Origin: a virus
Taxonomy: Duplodnaviria > Caudoviricetes
Direction: 5' to 3' (one strand)
Length of the DNA stretch: 64,000 nt
Virus record (IMG/VR): IMGVR_UViG_3300048502_000142
Coordinates: 1 to 64,000 of that record
The position numbers were made by a program, and so were the translations under genes. This document shows positions 55,834-64,000 of this stretch, piece by piece. The notes under the pieces were generated by a model that was given only the letters and a program-made list of their open reading frames with translations, searched no databases and had not been told where the DNA came from. The number at the start of each line of letters is the position of its first letter. Position 1 is the first letter of the stretch.

Positions 55834-56825
55834 GCCACCAGCTTGTAGCCGGGACGGGCCGCGTTGAGCGCCGCGGCGCTCGCCCAGGGCACGCCAGTAG
55901 CCGGATCATTGTCGATGTCGTCGCGATAGAGCAGCGCGCCGGTGCCGAGGGACCGAGTGCTGCCGAGCGTGGTGCTGGACCCCGACAGGACGTAGTTCGA
56001 GTAGGAACGCGCACCCGAGTCGCTCGCCCAAGCGTACGACATCATGCTCACTCCGTATATCGTGCCGGAGATGGTCTGCATGACGTAGTCGTCGATCTGC
56101 CCCACCGTCGAGGACGAGTTGTAGTTCGCCGTCTGGATGCCGCCGTCGACCATCTGGTAGTTCGACCCGGAGAGCGGCGCCCACGTGATCGTGCCGCCGT
56201 TGGCGGTCGGGACGAGGGCGCGGACGCGGATCGGCCCGAGGTTCGTCGTGTAGCAGGCGATATCGCTGACGTAGGCATTGCCGATCGTGGTGTATCCGAG
56301 CTGGTCCCACGAAGCGTTGCTCGACTGCTGGGTGTTTCCCGTGAACGGGAACTGGCCGCCGACCGAGATCCCGTCGATAAAGACGTCGACCGTCGCGGAC
56401 GCGCCGATCGCCATCCGGATAACGGCGCTGAAGTAGGCATTGATCGGGACGACGTTGACTGCGGACGTCGCGAGCAGCGTGGCACCCCTGTAGAGGCGGA
56501 CCGTGCCGACCGACGTCTCCAGCACGACGTGGCACTGCTCGCCGAAGGTCGAGTCCGAGAAGTAGACGATATTCTGCGTGTTGTTCGAGGAGTTGAAGTT
56601 CTGGTGGAGGTAGGTGATCCCGGAGACCGGAGACGACCCCTGGAAGTAGAAGGAGTTGGCGCCGAGGCCGGGGATGAAGGCATTGCCGCTACCGTTCGGA
56701 CCATTATTTACACCGATGCCTGGAGCCTGTTGGCGGCACTGCCACAGGTTCCCAGGCGCCGACGACGCTAGCATCTGAGCGGCGTTCGCGTACGTATCGG
56801 CGCTGAAGGCGAATATCTTGGACAT
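55830..56825 (-). CDS. Virion structural protein, putative receptor-binding
   Basis: S/T/G/N-rich beta composition; DPATGVPW tail; tail module context. Confidence 0.65.
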   Translation of the reverse strand: MSKIFAFSADTYANAAQMLASSAPGNLWQCRQQAPGIGVNNGPNGSGNAFIPGLGANSFYFQGSSPVSGITYLHQNFNSSNNTQNIVYFSDSTFGEQCHVVLETSVGTVRLYRGATLLATSAVNVVPINAYFSAVIRMAIGASATVDVFIDGISVGGQFPFTGNTQQSSNASWDQLGYTTIGNAYVSDIACYTTNLGPIRVRALVPTANGGTITWAPLSGSNYQMVDGGIQTANYNSSSTVGQIDDYVMQTISGTIYGVSMMSYAWASDSGARSYSNYVLSGSSTTLGSTRSLGTGALLYRDDIDNDPATGVPWASAAALNAARPGYKLVA

Positions 56826-56829
56826 GCGA

Positions 56830-57381
56830 TCAAGTCCCCAATACTAGGCCGACGACGAGTCCCGCAGCGGTGGCGTCGGACGATCCCGTGTTGCGGATGC
56901 GGAGGTCGCAGCCGGCGGGGAGGACGACCGCGCTCGCGACGGAGAACGTCCCGATCTCCGTCCCACCCGAGCCGGCGCCCGCGAACGATATCGTCCCTAC
57001 GACTGTCTCCGTCGCGCTCGTCCCGGCGTAGGTGCAGACGACGATCTCCAGCGTCAGCGCCGAGGTCGCACCCTGGTCTAGCGTGGCGGTGGACCCGGGC
57101 GCGCCGGCAGCGATGCTCGACGCGACGCTGCGCCGAGCGACCGCGACCTCGGCGGCCCTAGTGGAGAAGGCCCCTAGCAGTCCCGCCACGCGGATCGAGA
57201 AGGCGGGGGTCGTGACGCCGGGGGCTGGGTCGATCACCGGATTGATCAGCGTCTGGTTCGTCGAGCACCCGCCGTTCGCGTCGACCTTGGCGGCGAAGTA
57301 GGCGTTCCACTGCGCGGCGAGGCGGCCAAACAGGTTGCCCCCGGCCGTGAAGTTGGGGGTAGACTGGGGTCCGCACGCCAT
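56830..57381 (-). CDS. Virion structural protein
   Basis: AQWNAYFAAKVD N-terminus; A/G/T-rich. Confidence 0.65.
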   Translation of the reverse strand: MACGPQSTPNFTAGGNLFGRLAAQWNAYFAAKVDANGGCSTNQTLINPVIDPAPGVTTPAFSIRVAGLLGAFSTRAAEVAVARRSVASSIAAGAPGSTATLDQGATSALTLEIVVCTYAGTSATETVVGTISFAGAGSGGTEIGTFSVASAVVLPAGCDLRIRNTGSSDATAAGLVVGLVLGT

Positions 57382-57401
57382 TTGCTAGTCCCTCGCTCCG
57401 G

Positions 57402-58502
57402 TCACGGGTACGAACCGAGCGTGCCGGTGAACTCGTCGATTAGGACGATGCCGTTCATGCCGGCGCCGCCGTTCTGCGCGGTCTGTCCGTTGAACGAGTT
57501 CGCGCCGCCACCGCCCGCACCGGGGCCGACGCCGGGGAAGCCGTCGACGGAGTTGCCGTCGCGCGCGCGGGCCGATGACCCACCGAACGGGCTGGAGCCA
57601 CCCGCGCCAGACAGGGAAGGTCCCCCGCTGCCGAAAATGATAGCTGCGCCGCCCGGCGTGGTGCCGCCGTTGATCACGTTGCCGCCTGTCGACACGGTCG
57701 GGGTAGTGCCGGCGACGGTAAAGCCGTTTCCGGAGGCCGCGGACATCGTGTTGCCGCCCGCACCGCCCGGCGCCGTCAGGATCGATCCGATCGTGCTGGC
57801 CGTGCCGTTGTTGCCGTTGTTGGCGCCGTTGCCGGGCTGGGCGCCGCCCTGGCCTACGGTAACCGCCTGACTAGCCAGGGTAGAGGTTGCGTACACGCCC
57901 TCCAGGTAGGCACCGCCGTCGCCGCCGGAGCCCGAGGCGGCCTCGCCGGACGGCGTGGAGGGAACGCTCGCGCCGGAGCCGCCGCCGCCGCACATGCGGA
58001 CGCGCACGAAGCCCGCCCCCGCCGACGACGTGTAGGTGCCGTTCGCGGTGAACACCTGCGTCCCGAGGTAGGTACCGGCGGCGGTCCCAAGTCGGGACTG
58101 CGTCCAGTTCGCCCCGCCCGTGTCCGGGTTCGACGTGTTGTTATCGGTCGTGCTCTGCCACAGGACGCCGGGCGTCGTCGCCGACTGGACGATGGCGCCG
58201 TTCGGGTACCCGCCGATCGTCGTCGACCAGGCCGAGTCCCACTTCCATATGCCGATCGCCTGGGACCACTGGAGGCCGGCGGTGGTCTGCTTGAGCAGTC
58301 CGTTGAAGTCCTTGCCGAAGGGTCCGGCGCCCCCCGAGGCGACGGGCACGAAGCAGTTCGGCGGGAAGCCATCGGTAAACGACGCGGCGCCGTTCGTGAT
58401 CCCGATTTGTGAGGCCGTGGGGATCGGGTAGTTGATGTAGGATCCCCCGGCGCTGCTGCCGAACGGGAGCGGGATCTTCGGGGGGATGGCGGATGCGAGC
58501 AA
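57402..58502 (-). CDS. Tail fibre protein with Gly-rich domain
   Basis: ASFTDGFPP...GKDFNG...IGGYPNGA...NPD...W; GGGGSG repeats. Confidence 0.85.
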   Translation of the reverse strand: MLASAIPPKIPLPFGSSAGGSYINYPIPTASQIGITNGAASFTDGFPPNCFVPVASGGAGPFGKDFNGLLKQTTAGLQWSQAIGIWKWDSAWSTTIGGYPNGAIVQSATTPGVLWQSTTDNNTSNPDTGGANWTQSRLGTAAGTYLGTQVFTANGTYTSSAGAGFVRVRMCGGGGSGASVPSTPSGEAASGSGGDGGAYLEGVYATSTLASQAVTVGQGGAQPGNGANNGNNGTASTIGSILTAPGGAGGNTMSAASGNGFTVAGTTPTVSTGGNVINGGTTPGGAAIIFGSGGPSLSGAGGSSPFGGSSARARDGNSVDGFPGVGPGAGGGGANSFNGQTAQNGGAGMNGIVLIDEFTGTLGSYP

Positions 58503-58515
58503 GTCCTGCGCTCCT

Positions 58516-59202
58516 CTAGGCGGCTGCCGCGGTGTAATTCCAGGAGGGCGTCACACCGGTAGGCTTCGGGAGAACGCCGCTCTTGACCATCGCGATCTCG
58601 AACGGTTCGAGCGGGAAGTCGAAGTTGTACTGCAACGTCATGTTCGTGGGCGCGATCGAGATCAGATCGCCGAAGGGGCCCGCGTCCGCGTCCGTCTCCG
58701 CGAACCGCAGGCGGTCGCCGGCCTCGCCGAAGCCGAACTCGTAGGGGGCGACGGACCCGCCCTCTGACACCCAGGCGTTGCCGCGTCCGGGGAACAGGAT
58801 GTTCATCAGGATGTAGTTGATCGCAGGGATCGACCCATCCGTGATGTTGAACGCGGCCTTCGCGAATATGAGCGCCCGGTAGGCGTCGTCCGTCAGCGTG
58901 ACGTTCTGCACCGCCGTCGTGATGTAGTCGCCGAAGGGGCCGAAGTCGAAGCACGCCCGATCGCCAGCCTCGCCGAAGCCGAAGGCGGTGTAGGAGGCGA
59001 TCGTGAGGACGCGTGGGATCACCACGATTCGCCCCCAGACGTTCAGGCCCTCCTCGACGGCGGTGAGGATGTTGAAGCAGTTGTCGTAGAAGCTCTCGAT
59101 GGGCGCGTCCGGCGAGAACCACTGACTGATGGCCCTTAGGATAGTCATGAGAGCGGGGCTGCTCTTGTACTGTCCGAGCACTGTTTGAGAAAAATTCTGC
59201 AT
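58516..59202 (-). CDS. Baseplate wedge protein (DUF2612-like)
   Basis: QYKSSP...TA...GLNVWGRIV...LTDDAYRALI.AKA.FNI...LPKPTGV. Confidence 0.85.
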   Translation of the reverse strand: MQNFSQTVLGQYKSSPALMTILRAISQWFSPDAPIESFYDNCFNILTAVEEGLNVWGRIVVIPRVLTIASYTAFGFGEAGDRACFDFGPFGDYITTAVQNVTLTDDAYRALIFAKAAFNITDGSIPAINYILMNILFPGRGNAWVSEGGSVAPYEFGFGEAGDRLRFAETDADAGPFGDLISIAPTNMTLQYNFDFPLEPFEIAMVKSGVLPKPTGVTPSWNYTAAAA

Positions 59203-59282
59203 CGGATCTTCCGCGAGGTCCTGCGGTTGTTATCGTATACTAGATCGGGTATCGGTGCGATGCCGATCTAGGAGGGATTTCC

Positions 59283-59582
59283 ATGCCGCTCGACAACGCC
59301 ACCGCCCACTTCGGCGCCGCCTACAAGGTCCTGTTCGAGAACTGGGATCCGGACGGCTGCAACGCACCGGAAAAGCTCAACGCGCTGACGGCAAAGGCGA
59401 AGGTAGTTCAGGACTGGGCATCGACGCAGGAGAAGATTATTTGTGACGCCTACGTGAAGGCATCGCTGGAACTGATGCGTCGCGCCGAGAAGGTCCTGGA
59501 GAATAACGTACGATCAAATCAAATGAACGAGATGACAAAGACGATCGCACGTCCGCCCGGCTACGAAGTGTCAGACGAGTAA
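59283..59582 (+). CDS. Hypothetical moron-like gene, antisense to the tail operon
   Basis: Own TATACT -10 and AGGAGG RBS. Confidence 0.7.
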   Translation: MPLDNATAHFGAAYKVLFENWDPDGCNAPEKLNALTAKAKVVQDWASTQEKIICDAYVKASLELMRRAEKVLENNVRSNQMNEMTKTIARPPGYEVSDE

Positions 59583-61017
59583 TAGCTGAATATTCTGAGC
59601 ACTTACGGCCGGCGCCTGATCTATGTTCATCTGTACATCGTTCGCGAGCGTCGTCGCATTCATCGATTCGCTCGCGAGCGTTTGCGCGACGCTGATCTGA
59701 TAGGTCCCGGTTCCGCCGGTCGTACCCGTTAACTGCTGGACGATTATTGTCCCGGGTGCCATCAGCTGATTTACGTCTTGAAGAAGCTGTCCTTTTGCAA
59801 GCGTCCCGGTCTCGACTGCGGAGACGGTAAGAACGGCTCCCGAGGTCGAACCGGTAAATATCGCGGCACCGCCCGACCCACCGATTTGGATCGAAACGAT
59901 CTGTGCCCAGCTCCCGAGCGACAGAATCCCGGAATAGAGCCTGGACGCGTAGACAAGGCTGCCGATCTTCGCTCGCGTCCCGCCGTCCGTTCCGGCGAAG
60001 GCAGAGATTACCTTAGCCTGGATCAGGGTTAGGGCATTCGCCGGCACACCCGGACTGTTCGTGATCGTGACGAGGACGGCAAATCCGACGATCGTCGACG
60101 TCTGAAACTTTACGGTATATTGTGGTGCCGGCGGATTGTAGGCCGGGTTCGGATCGGTAACGATAACCGACGTGTTGCCGTTCCAGGCGCAGCCCGGCCC
60201 CTTCTTGAGCCACATCGCGTAGGCCACGTCCGAAGTCGTGCCGCCGAGGACGCAGACGTAGACCGAGTTCGGAAAAAGCTCAACACCTCCGAACTCCCCC
60301 CGCGCTTGGACTATCGTTTTCGATCGCGTAGCAGTCAAGCACGCCATCGACGGCGAGAACCTGTCCTTGAATTGCGTCGAGGATCTGGTTAGCATTTGCC
60401 GCCACGGACTGCTGACGACGTGTCTCGAACTCGCTCGCGGTCTCGACAAGTCGTCCGAGCACGGCATCGCCGGTAGGCGTAATCGATTCCCAGCCAGTAC
60501 TGCCAGCCGGAACCTGCGAGATGTTCAGCGACGTCGGACCGGTAACCGGTCCGCTCGTCACGCACGAGAAGTCGAGGGTGACGGTGCCGCCGGAGCCGAT
60601 CGCGCCGGCCTGCGTGCAGATCCACTGGATGCCGGTATTCGGATCAATTGCGAGGGCGCCGACCGGGATCGGGGTCGTCGCGAGGCCGGTGCAGACACAC
60701 GGCTGGACCGTCGGCTGCGCCGCGATCCGCGTCATGAAGTAGATGCGGCCGACCGCGTCCTGCATCCGCCCCGAGTTCTGTGCCGGGTCGAATTGGTTGA
60801 ACAGCCACGCGACGATCGCGTTCGCGTCGCCGATCGCCGCCGCCTCGCTCGTCGCCAGTTGCCCCTGCGGCGTGCTCAGCTGGGTGTTGAGGTTCCCGCC
60901 GAACGCCGAGTTCAGATCCGCGAGAACCCCGACGACGATCGCGTTCTCGGTCGGGAGGACGATGCCGTTCGGGCCGTACGTGACCGAGGGCACATTTGTA
61001 ACGAAGGTATCGCTCAC
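59571..61017 (-). CDS. Baseplate J-like protein, frameshifted at a G6 run near 60296-60301
   Basis: TPQGQLA...DP..NSGRMQDAVGRI...GRLVET..EF..RR in one frame; continues as NSVYVCVLGG...KKGPGC in another. Confidence 0.85.
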
Positions 61018-61065
61018 TGCACTCGCTCTCGTATGTAGCGGGAGTTAGTCTGACGGAGGTGGAAT

Positions 61066-61296
61066 ATGAGTGACATCCCGAACGCCCTGTCGATCGTGAC
61101 CTACCTGCACTGCCGCCTGAGCGTCGTCGAGCTGCCGCCGGGCACGAGCCCGCGGGACTACGCCAGGGTATCGGTCGGCATGACCGAGAGGGGCTTTCGG
61201 GTCTGGTGCAACCGGCACGATGTGAACGTCGCGCACGTCGACTTCGAGGGCTGTTGCCCCCGGCTAACACGACGCGCCCGGCGTCGTCGAAGATAA
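61066..61296 (+). CDS. Hypothetical moron-like gene, antisense to the tail operon
   Basis: GGAGGT RBS; YLHC...VG.T..G..VWC.RH. Confidence 0.65.
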   Translation: MSDIPNALSIVTYLHCRLSVVELPPGTSPRDYARVSVGMTERGFRVWCNRHDVNVAHVDFEGCCPRLTRRARRRRR

Positions 61297-61297
61297 A

Positions 61298-61642
61298 CTA
61301 GATCGGCCAGCCGTAGTCACCCACCTCCGATAGGGTAGGTAGCGGGACTTTCTTTCCCGCGAACTCGTGCGGGCTATCTCCGCAGAACTCTATGTACCCG
61401 TCCCTAACGAAGTAGTGACATATCGTCTGCTCCGGCGTCTCCGTTCCGTCCCCGTGCCTGTGCGCCGGCACGTAGATCCTCATCGAGGGCGAGAAGGTCG
61501 GCCTATACAGGTTTCCGTCGAACGTCCAGCGCGGTCGTTTCCCGTCCTCGACGGTCTTGAATATGTGGGCACACTGGCAGGCCGGACACCAGTGGACGTA
61601 TCCCATCGAATAGCTGCGCAGGACAGGACTGACTTGCGACAT
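61298..61642 (-). CDS. DUF6527-like Cys/His protein
   Basis: CPAC..AH...WTFDGN...PTFSPS...CHYFVRDG.IEFCGDS.H. Confidence 0.8.
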   Translation of the reverse strand: MSQVSPVLRSYSMGYVHWCPACQCAHIFKTVEDGKRPRWTFDGNLYRPTFSPSMRIYVPAHRHGDGTETPEQTICHYFVRDGYIEFCGDSPHEFAGKKVPLPTLSEVGDYGWPI

Positions 61643-61757
61643 GCTTTGTGCTCCTACGACCTGCGGAGAGGTACCGCACATCCCTCCGCCGAGGCTACCC
61701 TACCCGGAAGATCCCGGAGCCCCCTAGGCGGCCGAGAAAACCGGGTTTCCGTCGATG

Positions 61758-62207
61758 TTAGGTCGAGGCCCCGACAGCGATCTCGGACGCGGACTGCACG
61801 TACCAGGGCAGCGAACCCGAGAGATCGCCGGTCGAGGCGACGGCGACGAGCTGCCCGTTCGTGTAGATCTGGATTTGTCCGCCGAGCTGCCGCAACTTGC
61901 TCCCTCCCGTGAGGAAGCACTTGTAGGTCGTGCCGGACGGAACCGGGACGATCGAGGCCTGGAGGATCATCAGTTGCTTAATGTACTGGAAGCTGACGCG
62001 CTCCTTGAATATCAGCGTGTAGTACGGGATACCGAGCGTCGTGTCGTACCAGCACTCCCTGGAGAACGTGCGGATGGCGCTGCCGACGTCTTGTGCTATC
62101 GCGATGCCCCCGGTATTCACCGCGATGTTGCCCGCGGCGGTGAGGTAGAGGTCCCAGCCGGCGGAGACGCCGTCGGGCGTCGAGGCGGAGAGCGCGAGCG
62201 TGTCCAA
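61758..62207 (-). CDS. Baseplate wedge / sheath-initiator-like protein
   Basis: WDL...GNIA...AQDV.SAIRTF..ECWYDTTLGIPY. Confidence 0.8.
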   Translation of the reverse strand: MDTLALSASTPDGVSAGWDLYLTAAGNIAVNTGGIAIAQDVGSAIRTFSRECWYDTTLGIPYYTLIFKERVSFQYIKQLMILQASIVPVPSGTTYKCFLTGGSKLRQLGGQIQIYTNGQLVAVASTGDLSGSLPWYVQSASEIAVGAST

Positions 62208-62211
62208 TTCC

Positions 62212-62862
62212 CTAGCTCCCCGGCGTGATAGTGCCCGTCGCCGTGATGTTTCCCTGGACCGCGAGGTCGCCGTCGACCTTCAGCGTCCCGCCGTCGCCGA
62301 CCGTGATCGTGATGGACCCGTTGGACGAGATCGACATGTTGCCGTCCGAGAAGATCGTGATCGTGCTGCCGTCGTTCGCCGTGACGAGGATGGCGCTGTC
62401 CGTGAACCGGACGCACCGCACCACGTCCGCCTGTCCGAGCCCGAGCCCGAAGTAGATCCCGTACTCGCGGCGGGTCCGTCCCTGCGAGGCCGGGTTGGCC
62501 GCCGCGCCCGTCGACTTGACGGTGGCCGTGTCCCGGTCGGCGACGACGACGACCCCGATGTCACCAGCCTCCGGGTCGAGGATCACCGCGTTCTTGCCGC
62601 CGCCGTAGCGAAAGTAGTTCAGCCCGTAGACGGTGCCATGGGGGATGGCGTTGCCGTAGCCGTCAACCTGATTGACGAGGGGCTTGACGCTAACGCACCC
62701 GATCGCGCCGACCGTGCCGGGCGCGTTCGTGCAGGCGACCACCTCGACGAGTTCGACGTGCGTGCGCTTGTTCATCAGGCGCTCGACGATGAATGCTATC
62801 GCATTCGTGTCCGTCGCATCGTCTTTCGGACCCTGCGCGCCTAGAAACGGAACGGCCGACAT
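62212..62862 (-). CDS. Baseplate central spike (Gp138/GpV-like)
   Basis: VSVKPLVNQVD...YFRYGGG.NAVILDP..GDIG...ADRD; beta-repeat C-terminus. Confidence 0.85.
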   Translation of the reverse strand: MSAVPFLGAQGPKDDATDTNAIAFIVERLMNKRTHVELVEVVACTNAPGTVGAIGCVSVKPLVNQVDGYGNAIPHGTVYGLNYFRYGGGKNAVILDPEAGDIGVVVVADRDTATVKSTGAAANPASQGRTRREYGIYFGLGLGQADVVRCVRFTDSAILVTANDGSTITIFSDGNMSISSNGSITITVGDGGTLKVDGDLAVQGNITATGTITPGS

Positions 62863-63822
62863 TTAGGACCCCGATGCTCCCTTGCTCTGATATCCGCGGA
62901 CGATCATTTCCCACGGGCCGTCGGGCATCTGCGAGGCGAGCGAGTAGTCGAGCTTCATGCAAATCCACGGGTTGTCCGGCGGGTTGTTCGCCGCCGTGAG
63001 CTGACTCTGGACGGTAAAGGGCTGGCTGCCCTTGAGCACGAGGCTCGGATCGAAGATCGACCGCACGGTGACGTGCGACTGCTCGAACTGCGGATAACCG
63101 ATCATTCCCGTCGCGGGAGAGAACGTCGGACCTGACCCGTCGACCGTGCCGTTGAACTTCGGCCGAACGGTGAAGGTTCCGGCCGTGCCGGAAGCCTGCG
63201 GGATCGCGTCGAGACTGCCATAGGCACCGACGGCATCGACCGCGGCCTTAAGCTGGTCCAAGATCGTGCCGGGGAAGTACGGATTGTGCAGCGTACCGGT
63301 CACACCGTTGTTCACGAGCGTCAGGTTTGCCGTCGCGCACAGCGTCTGAAGGACGGTGTTGATGTCGACGCCGTCCTCGAAGGTCGTGGAGTTCGTGGTC
63401 GGCATCGAGAACCCTACGGACATCGTGGCGCGCACGATGAAGCCCATGTCGGGCTGATGCCCGTCGGGATACGCCTCCACGATGTAGCCGGTGAAGATCG
63501 TCGCGCTCCGCGCGCTGTCCCCGGCCACGACCGACACGAAGTTCGGGGTCGGGCCGCCCGGCGCTGCCGTGAAGTAGTTGAGCCCGGCGACCGTCAGTGC
63601 GTTCATGTCCGACAGCTTCATGCCGTTGATGCGCATGACGAGTCCACCGGTCGTCGGGAGCATCGCATCTACGGCTTGAAGCTCAACGCGCAGACCGGTG
63701 AAGGTATAGAGCGGTCCGGTACGCGTTAGCTGGAACGTCGGGGTAATGAACCGCGTCGCGTAGACCGATTGTCCCGCCGGCTGCGGTGACGGCGCGGATA
63801 CGTCCGAGGTCGGGCCAGCCAT
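62863..63822 (-). CDS. Baseplate hub protein
   Basis: INGMKLSDMN.L, AGD...IFTGYI..AY, NPYFPGT, TGMIGYPQF. Confidence 0.8.
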   Translation of the reverse strand: MAGPTSDVSAPSPQPAGQSVYATRFITPTFQLTRTGPLYTFTGLRVELQAVDAMLPTTGGLVMRINGMKLSDMNALTVAGLNYFTAAPGGPTPNFVSVVAGDSARSATIFTGYIVEAYPDGHQPDMGFIVRATMSVGFSMPTTNSTTFEDGVDINTVLQTLCATANLTLVNNGVTGTLHNPYFPGTILDQLKAAVDAVGAYGSLDAIPQASGTAGTFTVRPKFNGTVDGSGPTFSPATGMIGYPQFEQSHVTVRSIFDPSLVLKGSQPFTVQSQLTAANNPPDNPWICMKLDYSLASQMPDGPWEMIVRGYQSKGASGS

Positions 63823-64000
63823 CAGATCCCCTCCGGGATCGTATAGCCCGGCGTGTAGGAGCCCACCGGCCAATAGGTCAAGATGAACCGTGTCCCCATG
63901 CCCGGAATCGTCCCCGCGATCGACGCAGGAGCCTCGTCGCCGTCCGACAGGGGAAACATGGCAACCTGTGCCGCATTGCGCAGGGCGAGCGGCGGAAGCC
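63822..64000 (-). CDS. Partial baseplate protein (3' end only)
   Basis: Hand translation ...GMGTRFILTYWP...PEGI*, coupled to the hub start. Confidence 0.5.
   Translation of the reverse strand, partial: LPPLALRNAAQVAMFPLSDGDEAPASIAGTIPGMGTRFILTYWPVGSYTPGYTIPEGI

Noticed and set aside
60280-60320. Programmed frameshift in baseplate J
   Set aside because: The break sits in a G6 homopolymer and removing one G restores the frame; a sequencing indel is more likely, pending read inspection

Overview
About 64 kb of a high-GC tailed dsDNA phage or prophage with a myovirus-type baseplate; an alphaproteobacterial host is inferred from the NrdJ, ThyX, RNase HI and IS types. Positions 1-25 are an untrimmed library adapter and 26-1558 are a truncated IS1-family element with cargo. 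A long minus-strand arm follows: TerL, TerS, ECF sigma, NusG paralog, tRNA-Thr, class II RNR, decayed thyX, SbcCD/gp46-47, resolvase, RecA, SSB, UvsY-like protein, DnaX-like clamp loader, three DNA methyltransferases, split family A DNA polymerase, PAPS-reductase-like protein, beta clamp, DnaB-like helicase and RNase HI. Next come a ~650-nt structured non-coding region, a second tRNA-Thr, a plus-strand early/accessory arm (two SNF2 helicases, sigma-like factor, primase, many small ORFs) and minus-strand tail fibre/baseplate genes. Six inteins are present. The most unusual signal is dual coding. Both clamp-loader inteins keep an open, junk-like in-frame linker while an endonuclease is encoded in another frame: a complete Zn-finger/Vsr-DUF559-type ORF on the same strand in one, and an HNH remnant on the antisense strand in the other. 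Both C5 methyltransferases carry a nested out-of-frame second polypeptide. All family calls come from motif recognition by eye; no searches were run.
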